Shown: positions 37,719 through 47,204 of the stretch, in pieces
Layout: each line of letters starts with the position of its first letter
How positions within the stretch are numbered: position 1 is the first letter of the stretch
DNA from: Terriglobia bacterium
GTDB lineage: Bacteria; Acidobacteriota; Polarisedimenticolia; Polarisedimenticolales; JAIQFR01
Direction: 5' to 3'
NCBI GenBank assembly: GCA_963748015.1
Contig: CAVVHE010000005.1
Location: forward strand, 576,001-640,000
Length of the DNA: 64,000 bases
Notes under the pieces: model-generated
Told to the model about the DNA's origin: nothing
Seen by the model: the letters and a program-made list of their open reading frames with translations, nothing else
The model's database searches: none
Translations under genes and position numbers: made by a program

Positions 37719-39605
37719 TCATGCCGGGCCTTCGCCTCCGCCGTTCTTCGAGCCCGGCCTGAGTCCCTCCGGGATCGCCTCCGCGACCTCGATCGCGACG
37801 GCGTAGCGCCCGAAGGGTGCGGCGATCTGGACTCCCTGCACGTGAGATGCCAGCGCGCGGATCGCTTCCCGCGCGATGGCGATCCCCTCGGCCCTGGCCT
37901 TCTCCTGCGTGTCCGCGCGGCGCATCCGCTCGAGGATGTCGTCCGGAACGTGCACGCCGGGAACCTCGTTGTTCATGAACTCCGCGTTGCGGTAGGAAGC
38001 GAGCGGCCAGACCCCCGCGACGAGCGGAATCCGGACGTGCCGGATCCGCTCCAGGAAAGAGAGGAGCTGCTCGACGTCGAACACCGGCTGGGTGACGACG
38101 AAGTCGGCCCCGGCGTCCACCTTCCACTCGAAGCGCGCGATCTCCCTCTCGAGGTCCACGGCGCCGGGATTGACCCCGACCCCCGCAAGAAACGACGTCG
38201 TCTCCCCGATCGGGTTCCCGCCCACGTCCATCCCCACGTTGAGGCGGTGGACCATGTTCATGAGGCCGATGCTGTCCACGTCGAACACGGCGGTGGCGTC
38301 CGGGTAGTCGCCCAGCTTCGGCGGGTCCCCGGTGATCACCAGGAGATTTCGCAGGCCCAGGGCGTGGGCGCCGAGCAGGTCCGACTGCATCCCGAGCAGA
38401 TTCCGGTCGCGGCAGCAGTAGTGAACCAGCGCCTCGATTCCCACGTCGCGCTCGATCCGCACCGCCATCGCCATCGGACTCATGCGCGCCGAGGCCCGCG
38501 GACCGTCGGGGATGTTGATCGCGTCCACGCCGGCGCCCCGCAGGAGGCGCGCGCCGTCGAGGTTCTTCCCGAGCTCGTGGCCCCGGGGAGGGAGCATCTC
38601 GACGCTCACGACGAACCGCCCCTCGGCGACCGACGCCGCGAGTCGCGAGCGGCTCGCGAGGGGGCGCGGCGCGGCCGTCGGACGGGCGGCGGCGGGTCCC
38701 GCGGCGCCCCTGACCGCGCCGAGACTGCGCGGAGCGAGCGCCCGCACGGCGCGCCGGATCTGCTTGAGGTGCTCCGGGGTGGTCCCGCAGCAGCCGCCGA
38801 CGATCCGGGCGCCGGCCCCGATGAACCGGGCCGCGTAGCTCCCCATGTACTCCGGGCTGCAGAGGTAGAAGTTGCGATCCTCGACGACCCTCGGCTTGCC
38901 GGCGTTCGGCTGGGCAACGATGGGGAGCGAGACCGTCGTCGCGAGACGCTCGACCGCCTCGAGCATCGGCCCCGGCCCGACGGAGCAGTTGACGCCGACC
39001 GCGTCCACGGGAAGCGCCGCGAGCGCCGCGCCGAAGTCCTCGGGACTGACCCCCTCGAGGCTCGTCCCGTCGTCCTGGATGGTCATCTGCACGACGATCG
39101 GAAGATCGGAGACGCTTCTCACGCCCCGCACGGCCGCCTCGGCCTCGGCGAGGTCGTAGAAGGTCTCGAGCGAGAACAGATCCACGCCGCCTTCGACCAG
39201 GGCCGCCGCCTGCTCGGCGAAGAACGCCGCGGCCTCGTCGATCGAGGTGGGCCCCCAGGGCTCGATCCTGAGACCGAGAGGGCCGATCGCGCCCGCGACG
39301 AAGAGGTCGTCGCCGGCGGCCTTCCGGGCGATCCGCGCGCCGGAGACGTTGATCTCGGCGACCCGGTCGGCGAGGCCGTGCTTCATGAGCTTCAGCCGGC
39401 TCGCGCCGAACGTGTTGGTCTCGAGGACGTCCACCCCGACGGCGGCGTATTCCTGGTGGACCTCCTCCACGAGGAAGGGGGCGGAGAGGTTCAGCTCGTC
39501 GAAGCAGCGGTTCAGCGTGATCCCGCGATCGTACAGGCGCGTCCCCACCGCACCGTCGAAGAGGACGATGCGCTCCGCGAGAAGACGCCTGAAATCACGT
39601 GGCAC
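37719..39605 (-). CDS. yitJ: Bifunctional homocysteine S-methyltransferase / methylenetetrahydrofolate reductase
   Basis: DGAVGT, GVNCS, GGCCGTTPEH; MTHFR half with CRDRN, TGDPP, TQPVFD. Confidence 0.93.
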   Translation of the reverse strand: MPRDFRRLLAERIVLFDGAVGTRLYDRGITLNRCFDELNLSAPFLVEEVHQEYAAVGVDVLETNTFGASRLKLMKHGLADRVAEINVSGARIARKAAGDDLFVAGAIGPLGLRIEPWGPTSIDEAAAFFAEQAAALVEGGVDLFSLETFYDLAEAEAAVRGVRSVSDLPIVVQMTIQDDGTSLEGVSPEDFGAALAALPVDAVGVNCSVGPGPMLEAVERLATTVSLPIVAQPNAGKPRVVEDRNFYLCSPEYMGSYAARFIGAGARIVGGCCGTTPEHLKQIRRAVRALAPRSLGAVRGAAGPAAARPTAAPRPLASRSRLAASVAEGRFVVSVEMLPPRGHELGKNLDGARLLRGAGVDAINIPDGPRASARMSPMAMAVRIERDVGIEALVHYCCRDRNLLGMQSDLLGAHALGLRNLLVITGDPPKLGDYPDATAVFDVDSIGLMNMVHRLNVGMDVGGNPIGETTSFLAGVGVNPGAVDLEREIARFEWKVDAGADFVVTQPVFDVEQLLSFLERIRHVRIPLVAGVWPLASYRNAEFMNNEVPGVHVPDDILERMRRADTQEKARAEGIAIAREAIRALASHVQGVQIAAPFGRYAVAIEVAEAIPEGLRPGSKNGGGEGPA

Positions 39606-39648
39606 GGCTCACACCCGGAGACCTCGGCGCCGGCCGAAGAGACGGCGC

Positions 39649-39674
39649 GGGGCCGCCCGCGAAGGGGCGGCCCC
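39649..39674. terminator. GC-rich hairpin between the OmpA gene and yitJ
   Basis: GGGGCCGCCC-N6-GGGCGGCCCC; a short T run follows only on the + strand, so function on the - strand is uncertain. Confidence 0.4.
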
Positions 39675-39710
39675 TTTCCGTGATGAGCTAGCAGCGACCC
39701 GGGCCGCTGG

Positions 39711-40355
39711 CTACTCGAGGACCCGGATCACCACGCGGCGGTTCTGAGCCCGCCCATCCGCGGTCTTGTTGTCGGCGACAGGCTTCGACTTCCCGTAGGA
39801 GATCACGCTCATCGCGTGAAGGGGCACGCCGCCCTTCTCGTTCAGGTAGGTCATCACGGCCTTCGCCCGCTTCTCGCCGAGCTGCAGGTTGTACTGGTCG
39901 CTACCGATGTTGTCCGTGTGGCCCTCGATCTCGAGGTAGACGGCCTTGTCCATGGACTTCACCTTCGCGGCCAGGTCGTCGAGATCCTTCGCGGCCTCCG
40001 GCGGAATCGACTCCTGGTCGAAGGAGAACTTGACGCGGTCGTCGGACAGCGTCACCGTCCAGAGGATCTTGCCCTTGGCCATCTTCTCGGCGGCCTGGGC
40101 CTTCGTCATGGCCTGGGAGCCGATCTCGACCGCCTTCTCCGCGGTTCCCTTCACCGCGGAAATCTTGGTGTCCGTCTCGGTGCGGAGGTCTCCGACCCGG
40201 CGCTCGTTCTGCTCGACGCCGCTCTCGACTCCCTTGATCCGCTGGTCGGTCTGCTCTTGGTCCTTGGTGTAGACCTTCTTGGTCACGCAGCCCACCGAGA
40301 CGGTCAGGGCCGCGACGGCCAGCAAGGCCACCATCGCTGTCGTTCGCTTCTGCAT
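39711..40355 (-). CDS. OmpA/Pal-family peptidoglycan-binding lipoprotein
   Basis: SVGC lipobox, IEGHTDNIG, LGEKRA, NRRV; AAGGAG RBS. Confidence 0.92.
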   Translation of the reverse strand: MQKRTTAMVALLAVAALTVSVGCVTKKVYTKDQEQTDQRIKGVESGVEQNERRVGDLRTETDTKISAVKGTAEKAVEIGSQAMTKAQAAEKMAKGKILWTVTLSDDRVKFSFDQESIPPEAAKDLDDLAAKVKSMDKAVYLEIEGHTDNIGSDQYNLQLGEKRAKAVMTYLNEKGGVPLHAMSVISYGKSKPVADNKTADGRAQNRRVVIRVLE

Positions 40356-40519
40356 AGCCTGCTCTCCTTGAGTGCTCCCCGTCGGGCCACTTGCCTGGGG
40401 CGCCGGTCGGGGAACCCGGTCGCCTTCTCGGCACATATGCGTCGAACCATTCGGCTTCGACGTTTCGTTACTGTATTCCGCTCCCTACAGGATTGCAATC
40501 GCCCCCTGAACCTGATCAC

Positions 40520-40535
40520 TTCAATCGTCGTGCCA
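40520..40535 (-). promoter_or_regulatory. Sigma54-like promoter
   Basis: Minus strand TGGCACG-ACGA-TTGAA (variant -12) upstream of the OmpA gene. Confidence 0.5.
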
Positions 40536-40664
40536 TCCCCCGCGGGCCCATTCCCGTGAGTTTGACCGGATGGAGGCACGGAACAGAGTGTAAAAAGGGA
40601 TATACCAGGGAACGATCTGCCCGGTTGGGGGGGCGGGAGTGGGCTCGCGGCGGGGATCCGCGGG

Positions 40665-41684
40665 TCAGGGCGTGGCGTAGTACCCGTTCCGGGTGCGGAC
40701 GTAGTACCGGCCCTTGCGGGTCTCGAGCTGGATCTTCCGGTAGGCGCCGTTCCAGAGCGCCCGGGTGGGGGTGTACCCGATCAGGTACTGGAGGCGCAGC
40801 TCCTGGTCGATCCGGACGACCGCCTCCTTCAGCTCGTCCGGGTCGTGGACGGCAAAAAGGGATCCGCCGGTCTCGGCCGAGAAGCGGGTCAGGACGCTGA
40901 AGTTCGTCGCCAGCTCCTGCTCCAGCGGGAGAAGCTCTCGCGGCAGCGAGGAGAACCCCAGGGTGTAGATCGGAACGCTCGCGCGCCGCGCCAGCTCGAT
41001 CGCCCGGTCGAGGCTGGTCCGGCTCGCGTTGTCGACACCGTCGGTGATCAGGACGATCGCCTTCCGGCCGTCCGTTCCCGCCTGCACGAGGCCCGGCGCG
41101 GCCGCGACCGCGTCGTTCAGCGCCGTCTGGCCGTATCCCGTCTGGACGGCGAGGCGGTCGAGAAAGCGCTGCCGGTCCGAGGTGAACTCGGTGATCCAGG
41201 CGACCTGCTCGTCCGCGAACGCGATCAGGGCGAAACGATCCTGCGGGCGCAGGCTGTCCACGAAGTACCGGATCGCCTCCTTCGCGGCCTCGAGCTTGCC
41301 GCTGACCCGCATGCTCCCCGAGACGTCGAGGAGGAACGCGACGGCCACCGGGGCATCCGACTCCGCCGAGACGAACTGGATCTTCTGGGGAATGAAGTCC
41401 TCGAGCAGCTTGAAGTCGTCCGCCTTGAGCCCCGCGATGATGCGCCCGCGCCTGTCCTCGACCTTCGTGGGCAGCAGGACGACGCGCACCTTCTCGACCT
41501 CGACGTAGCCGCTGAGCAGCGGTTCCGTGGCGGAGCCCGGGGACGAGGCCGCCGCTGCCGCCGCGAGGGCGACGGGGGCGGCGTTCGGCCCCTCCTGTGC
41601 TCCTTCTCCCGCCGCCACCGTTCGCCAACCGGCGATTGCGATGACCACGGAAGCGATGATCGAGGTGGCGCGAGCTCGGATCAC
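40665..41684 (-). CDS. VWFA-related (Acidobacterial-type) vWA domain protein
   Basis: DVSGSM, ITDGVD, QYLIGYTP, TRNGYYA; GTG start at 41684 with AAGGGG RBS. Confidence 0.88.
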   Translation of the reverse strand: MIRARATSIIASVVIAIAGWRTVAAGEGAQEGPNAAPVALAAAAAASSPGSATEPLLSGYVEVEKVRVVLLPTKVEDRRGRIIAGLKADDFKLLEDFIPQKIQFVSAESDAPVAVAFLLDVSGSMRVSGKLEAAKEAIRYFVDSLRPQDRFALIAFADEQVAWITEFTSDRQRFLDRLAVQTGYGQTALNDAVAAAPGLVQAGTDGRKAIVLITDGVDNASRTSLDRAIELARRASVPIYTLGFSSLPRELLPLEQELATNFSVLTRFSAETGGSLFAVHDPDELKEAVVRIDQELRLQYLIGYTPTRALWNGAYRKIQLETRKGRYYVRTRNGYYATP

Positions 41685-41715
41685 GGCTTTTCCCCTTGTC
41701 CCCCTCCCTGCAATG

Positions 41716-41731
41716 TGCAATTCCGAGGCCA
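41716..41731 (-). promoter_or_regulatory. Sigma54 -24/-12 promoter
   Basis: Minus strand TGGCCTC-GGAA-TTGCA; it overlaps the ORF-track ATG, which supports the downstream GTG start. Confidence 0.65.
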
Positions 41732-41766
41732 TTCCGTCAAGGGAACCCGGAAACCGACGCCTCGAA

Positions 41767-43077
41767 TCAGCGCAGGGGCGAACCGGAAAGGTAGCCGTCG
41801 CCGTCGAGCTGTCCTCGAAAAGGGACGCGCCGCCAGCCGCCGCCCACGACCATGGGCCCCCGGAGCTCCAGGACCCCGGCGTCTCCCGCTCTCGCCTCGA
41901 GACCAGGAACCAGTTGGCCGGCCGTACCGGGCCGGAGCGCGTCGACCCGGCTCACCGAGACGAGCCCCGCGGCCTCGGGAAACGCCACCCCTTCGAGGAA
42001 GGGCAGGCCGAGCGAGAGAAAGAACCCGAGCTCCGAGGCAGGGAGCCGCTCCCCGAGCGACACGATCCGCGAGAGCCGCCCTCCGGTCGCCCGCGCGATC
42101 CGTCGGACGACGAGCGCCTCGGCCACCCTCCAGCCCCAGGTGCTCCCCGCGGGAAGCCGCCCCGCGGCGAGGTCGGCCGCGCCCCGCTTTTCTCCCTGTC
42201 CCATCGCGAACCGCAGCAGCTTCCCTCCCAGCCATCCCCTGGCGCCGACGGCGGCTTCGAGATGCGCTTTCAGTGTCGCGGAGAAGGCGCTCGGGACGAC
42301 GGCCAGCGTGGGGCGCAAGGCGGACAGAGCCTGTGCCAGGCTCTCCGCCAGGCCCGCGTGGCCGAGGCGCGCGCCGCGGCCGAGGCAAGCCATCGCGAGC
42401 GTGAGGTGGGCCGCGTCCGTGGCCGGCAGGGCCGAGAAGACCGTCTCGTCCCGCTCGATGCGGAGCGCGCTCGCGGTCGCCTCGGCGGCCGCGAGGAGGT
42501 TCTCATGGGTCTCGAGGAGCGTCTCTCCCCCCGTGGCGACCCGGAGGACGGCGGGCGCACGAGCGCCGCGCGGTACCTCGTCCAGCAGACCGGGCTCCCC
42601 CGCGAGGGCCTCCGATCCGGCGGCGCAGGCTCCCGCTACGGTGAGCGCGGCGGCGCGGCTCTCCCCCGGCTCGCGGAACAGGAGCACGAGATCGAGCTCG
42701 GGTAGCTCCGGCCGGATTCGCTGGATCCTGGCGAGAAGCCCGTCGTCGGAAACGAGGATCTGCCGGACGGACGCCCCGAGCAGGGTTCCGGCGAGCTCCG
42801 CGTCGGTCGTGCCCGGATCGAGTGGCACCGCGGTCCCGCCGGCACGGAGAATCGCCAGGAGCCCGAGCACGGCCTCGGCGCCGTCCGCCGTCAGGATGGC
42901 AGCGCGCGCCCCCTGCTCGAGACCGTAGGTGGCCAGGGCCGCCGCAAGCTCGGCCGACCGCCGGTCGAGATCGGCGGCGGTCAGGCCCGAGGACGCTTCC
43001 CGAACCCCCACGAGCGACGCGGTCGAAGGGCCGCGAGCGGCGTCCAGGACGAGATCGACGAAGGTGCGGGAGTGCAT
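41767..43077 (-). CDS. Degenerate AMP-binding (long-chain acyl-CoA ligase-like) protein
   Basis: ANL-fold landmarks (VPLDP, THENL, LP...H, RPGTAG, LRGPMV) but no SGTTGxPKG P-loop and no C-terminal subdomain. Confidence 0.7.
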   Translation of the reverse strand: MHSRTFVDLVLDAARGPSTASLVGVREASSGLTAADLDRRSAELAAALATYGLEQGARAAILTADGAEAVLGLLAILRAGGTAVPLDPGTTDAELAGTLLGASVRQILVSDDGLLARIQRIRPELPELDLVLLFREPGESRAAALTVAGACAAGSEALAGEPGLLDEVPRGARAPAVLRVATGGETLLETHENLLAAAEATASALRIERDETVFSALPATDAAHLTLAMACLGRGARLGHAGLAESLAQALSALRPTLAVVPSAFSATLKAHLEAAVGARGWLGGKLLRFAMGQGEKRGAADLAAGRLPAGSTWGWRVAEALVVRRIARATGGRLSRIVSLGERLPASELGFFLSLGLPFLEGVAFPEAAGLVSVSRVDALRPGTAGQLVPGLEARAGDAGVLELRGPMVVGGGWRRVPFRGQLDGDGYLSGSPLR

Positions 43078-43153
43078 TACGGGTCTTGAGGTCGGTCACG
43101 CCGCCCTGCGCCCGGGAGAAGCTCCCGGGCGCCGGGCGGCCGATTCTCGTGGC

Positions 43154-44497
43154 TCAGAAGCGCCAGGTCAGGCTTGCTCCGAACAGGTGGATGAAGGACT
43201 CGTACGATCCGTCGATGACGCCGTCCACCTTCTGGTACGGGTTCGCGCTCGGCTTGCCGTTGGCTGCCCCCTTGGCGTTCCGGGTCTGGAAGAAGAGCGG
43301 CATGTAATACGCGTCGATGCCGAAGCTCTTGCCGCTGTATCCGTAGCCCAGGGTGACCGACCAGCGGTCGCCGTCGGGAATGGACGGCCGCAGGGTCTCG
43401 TCCGGGATCGGGTTGGTGTCCCACAGGGCGCCGAACCGCAACTCCTGCTTCTCCACGACCCTCCACGCCGCGCCGACGCGCAGGGCGTAGGTGTCCTTCC
43501 AGTTCTCCACCTGCGTGATGTCGGCGACGACGTCGATCGGCCCGGCCGGACCGGGAACGCTCGTCTCGTTCTCGAAGTCGAGGAAGAGCTTCTCGAAGCT
43601 CGACCATTGCGCGTACGAGATGTCCCCCTCGAGCTGCCACTTGTCGTTCAGCTGGTACCCGACGCCGATCGCCGCCTCCGCCGGGAGGTCCACCGTCGTC
43701 TTGCCAGGGCCGTTCGGGAACAGGGCGGTGAGCGCGGGGTGCACCCCGGAGAACGCCACGTTGCCCTTGATCTCGGGCGAGAGCGCCGAGCGGTAGGTCA
43801 AGCCGAAGGTCCAAGGATCGCCCTTGAACTGGGTCGCGACGTTCCAGCCCCAGGCGTTCCCGTCCCCGGTCAGGTTCGATTGGCCGACGACGGTCCCCGG
43901 CGGCTGGCTGAGCAGGGCGCTCTGGTCGAACTCCTTCGAGAATTCACTCACGTCCGCCCACATGTAGTCGACCCCGAGCGCGACCGACCACTTGTCGTTG
44001 ATCTCGAACGCCAGGTTGGGATTCGCCACGAGGGTCACCAGCTCGACCCTCTTGCTGGAGTAGGTGACCGGGCGGTCCTTCCACTGGGTCGAGAGGCCGA
44101 ACGGCGCGGTGATGCCGAAGCCGAAGGCCAGGCGGTCGCTGATGTGCGTCCCGACGTAGAGGTTGATCGGCGTGCCGGTTTCCTGCTCGGTCTTGTACGT
44201 CTGCGGGGTGTCCTCGCCGACGAGAGCGAGCCAAGCGGGATCGGTGGCGTTGAGCTTCGTGTCGATCCCGATCGTGATCAAGTTGAAGCCGAACTGGACG
44301 TGCGTCCCGTCGAGCCGGGTCAGGGCCGCCGGGTTGTACCAGTTCGCGGCCACGTCGTCGGCTCTCGCCACCCATGCCCCCGCCTGTCCCGACGCCTTGG
44401 CACTCTGCTCGAAGACGCTGAAGCCGGAGGCCAGCGCGGGCAGCGCGCCCGCGAGCACCAGCACCGCCGCCAGAACCCAGAAACTCCCTCTTCTCAT
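43154..44497 (-). CDS. fadL: FadL/OmpP1 family outer-membrane transporter
   Basis: SGF...EQSA...GQAGA...NPAAL, APFGL, C-terminal WRF. Confidence 0.88.
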   Translation of the reverse strand: MRRGSFWVLAAVLVLAGALPALASGFSVFEQSAKASGQAGAWVARADDVAANWYNPAALTRLDGTHVQFGFNLITIGIDTKLNATDPAWLALVGEDTPQTYKTEQETGTPINLYVGTHISDRLAFGFGITAPFGLSTQWKDRPVTYSSKRVELVTLVANPNLAFEINDKWSVALGVDYMWADVSEFSKEFDQSALLSQPPGTVVGQSNLTGDGNAWGWNVATQFKGDPWTFGLTYRSALSPEIKGNVAFSGVHPALTALFPNGPGKTTVDLPAEAAIGVGYQLNDKWQLEGDISYAQWSSFEKLFLDFENETSVPGPAGPIDVVADITQVENWKDTYALRVGAAWRVVEKQELRFGALWDTNPIPDETLRPSIPDGDRWSVTLGYGYSGKSFGIDAYYMPLFFQTRNAKGAANGKPSANPYQKVDGVIDGSYESFIHLFGASLTWRF

Positions 44498-44676
44498 CGT
44501 TGCCCCCTTGCCCCTGGCCCCTTCCGGGGACCCCTCGCAGCACCCGGTTCTCCGGCAAGACCTCGAAGTCCGGAAAAAAACGGGGGCCAGGATAGCACGG
44601 GGCCGGGGCCATCCCCCGGTTTCTGCACCGATGCAGCACGAATGACGCCCCCGGGTCCCAGGCCTGCCGGAGTAGC

Positions 44677-44705
44677 TTGACTCCGCCCCCGGTTCCCCAT
44701 ATAAA
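44677..44705 (+). promoter_or_regulatory. Sigma70-type promoter
   Basis: TTGACT-17 nt-TATAAA. Confidence 0.7.
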
Positions 44706-44787
44706 GACACCTTTCTGTTACCGGGCCGTGGAGAAGGTCCTCCCGCGACGCGTGTGCGGAAGTCGGGGCGGAACGGAGGCGATTGTC

Positions 44788-46044
44788 ATGTCCTGGAAGC
44801 GGTTGGTTGCGTTGTCGGGCTTACTCCTTGCGATCGCCCTCTCCGGCCCCGCCGCGCTCGCGGCGGAGGAACCCGGTACCGGCTCGAAGCCGGCGGGCGA
44901 GGAAAAGCCGGCGCAGACCGCCACGCCGCCGCCGGCCGCCCCCGCAACGCACTGGTGGGGCGACCGCTTTTCCCTCTACATCGAGGCGAACACGGGCGGC
45001 GCGAGCACGGCCCGCGACATCGACTCGTCGGTCTACACGTCGGCCAAGGTGAACTCGCTGAGCTCGCTCAACCTCAACGAGATGGACTACGGCCGCCTCG
45101 CCGTCGGCTGGAAGCTTCCCGTGGAGAAGGGGATCCTCCAGATCGTCTGGAGCGGGTTCGCCGAGACGAGCTACTCCTTCCAGGCGAGCGGCTACCAAGC
45201 GGCGGCGCGGCTCAGGGTGGACGGAGAGGTCACCGACGCCGTCCGCGGCCTGCAGAACCCCGTCGTCTGGTGGCAGGTCAACGTGGACAACGGGAATCTC
45301 AACGCCCTCCAGAGCATTCCGATCGTGGAAGAGGATGGGACCACCATCTCGTACGAGTACGACAACCCCGCCCTCAACACGACCCTCCAGAACACGATCT
45401 CCTCCGATCTCCTGAACAAGGCGCAAACCCTCGATTTCCTCTACCAGCGGGAGTTCGGCGGGCGAACGTTCAAGGGCCGGTGGTCGGCCGGACTTCGCTA
45501 CTTCTCGTTCCACGGGACGCTCCCCGCGGCCGCCTGGCTCAACAACGCGGACTTCGGCGGCGTCGGCTACACGGACGGCACTTACGTCCACCTCCTGCCG
45601 CTCGAGGAGTCGGCCAAGTCCTGGGGTCCCACGGGGTCGCTCGAGGCGCAGTATCGCCTTTTCCGCAACCGGCTTTCGTTCTATCTGCAGGGTCGGTTCG
45701 CGTTCGTCTACCAAACGCTGGAGTCGGACACCCAGGATTTCTTCACCCTGGTCACGGACGCCACCGCCGGAACCATCTACCCGGTCCCGTCGCGGCTCGT
45801 CGAAACTCGATCGAAGACCTCCTGGCAGGTAACGGGCGAGGTGGGCGTGAGGGCGAGGGTCGTGGAGGGGCTGCAGTTCGAGGCCGGCTACGGGCAGACT
45901 TCCTTCCAGGACTGCATCCTCGTGCCGACCACCCTCCTGATCCCGAAGCAAATCAAGGAGGCTCCCGCCGGAACGTCCGCGCTCTACAACACGCGCGACT
46001 TCCTCGTGGACGTCTGGCACGCCGGGTTCTCGTACCAGTTCTGA
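44788..46044 (+). CDS. Putative outer-membrane beta-barrel protein
   Basis: Signal peptide, amphipathic strands (AGLRY, WGPTGSLE), C-terminal YQF; GGAGG RBS. Confidence 0.75.
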   Translation: MSWKRLVALSGLLLAIALSGPAALAAEEPGTGSKPAGEEKPAQTATPPPAAPATHWWGDRFSLYIEANTGGASTARDIDSSVYTSAKVNSLSSLNLNEMDYGRLAVGWKLPVEKGILQIVWSGFAETSYSFQASGYQAAARLRVDGEVTDAVRGLQNPVVWWQVNVDNGNLNALQSIPIVEEDGTTISYEYDNPALNTTLQNTISSDLLNKAQTLDFLYQREFGGRTFKGRWSAGLRYFSFHGTLPAAAWLNNADFGGVGYTDGTYVHLLPLEESAKSWGPTGSLEAQYRLFRNRLSFYLQGRFAFVYQTLESDTQDFFTLVTDATAGTIYPVPSRLVETRSKTSWQVTGEVGVRARVVEGLQFEAGYGQTSFQDCILVPTTLLIPKQIKEAPAGTSALYNTRDFLVDVWHAGFSYQF

Positions 46045-46054
46045 CCCGGAGGCG

Positions 46055-47128
46055 GTGCATCCCATGGGCATCCTGCCGGCCGGCGGGGTTCGTCTCGGCG
46101 GGTGCGCCGCGCGCAGGCGCCTCCGAGCGGCCCTGCTCCTTCTCGCGGTCCTCGCCGCGGCGACGGTCCGCGCGGTCGCGACCGAGGCGGACCTCCAGGA
46201 GATCTTGCGCTTCGCCGTCCAGGTCGCCCAGAAGGGGGACTGGCGCGAGGCGCGGTACCGGTGGGAGCAGGCGGCAAAGCTGGACCCCGACAATCCGCGC
46301 ATCCTGAACAACCTGGCCGTCGCCAGCGAGGTCCTCGGCGACGCGGAAAAGGCCCGGCAGCTCTACCAGCGCGCGCTCCAGGCCGGAGGGCGCGACTCGC
46401 GGATCGAGGACAACGCCGCGCGGGCCGCGCTGTTCCAGCGGGCCGCGGGGGGAGCCGCGGCGTCCAAGGAAACGGGGGCGCCCGCTCCCGACGCCCCGCC
46501 TTCCCGCGGAACCAAGCGCGGCGGGGTCCGCGTCGACGTGAAGCTGCCGCTCCCGGCCCGTCTCGATCTCTCCGGCGACAAGAGCATTCTCGTGGCGAGC
46601 TTCCTGAGCAACGAGACGGAGCTGCTCGACACCGGCCGCGAGATCGTGCGCTTCCTCCGGGCCGAGCTCCACAAGCACACCGCGCTCAAGGTCCGCGACG
46701 TCACGCCCCCGCCCGCGGTGCCCGAGCAGACGGTGGAGGACTTCGTCGCGAACGCGGAGTTCTGGAAGCACCTCGGCCGCGAGTACGAGGTCGACCTGGT
46801 GCTGTCGGGGGTCGTGAAGTACGGGAAGCGCGATGCCTCGGGGTTCGGCGACGTGGACACGATCAGCCCGGTGACCGGCCAGAAGGTGCGGCAGACGAGG
46901 TTCATCGAGCAGGAGCAGTTCACCTTCGAGGTCGAGATCTTCTTCTTCGACGCCAAGGCGGGGAGCCTCCTGTTCCGGGACCGTTTCCAGCGGAGCGCGC
47001 TCTACCGGGGGCTTTCGAACGATCCGATCACCGCCTTCTACGACCTCAGCGAGACGATCGCGGGAGACGTGCTCGCCGTGGTCTCGCCGCGGAACCGCGA
47101 CGACAGCCGGCTGATCTTCAAGAACTAG
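46055..47128 (+). CDS. Secreted TPR protein with C-terminal alpha/beta domain
   Basis: Hydrophobic signal, WREARYRWEQA...LNNLAVA...YQRAL TPRs, linker, second domain. Confidence 0.75.
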   Translation: MHPMGILPAGGVRLGGCAARRRLRAALLLLAVLAAATVRAVATEADLQEILRFAVQVAQKGDWREARYRWEQAAKLDPDNPRILNNLAVASEVLGDAEKARQLYQRALQAGGRDSRIEDNAARAALFQRAAGGAAASKETGAPAPDAPPSRGTKRGGVRVDVKLPLPARLDLSGDKSILVASFLSNETELLDTGREIVRFLRAELHKHTALKVRDVTPPPAVPEQTVEDFVANAEFWKHLGREYEVDLVLSGVVKYGKRDASGFGDVDTISPVTGQKVRQTRFIEQEQFTFEVEIFFFDAKAGSLLFRDRFQRSALYRGLSNDPITAFYDLSETIAGDVLAVVSPRNRDDSRLIFKN

Positions 47129-47204
47129 AAACGCTTCCGGGAGCGCCGGCTCGGTTGTCACCCGGCCGCCCTGGCCGGATAATGGCCGATGACGGGAGGC
47201 GTCG

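Noticed and set aside
39606..39710. SAM riboswitch upstream of yitJ
   Set aside because: No SAM-I (AUC...GAU, kink-turn) or SAM-II signature is visible; only a simple GC hairpin.
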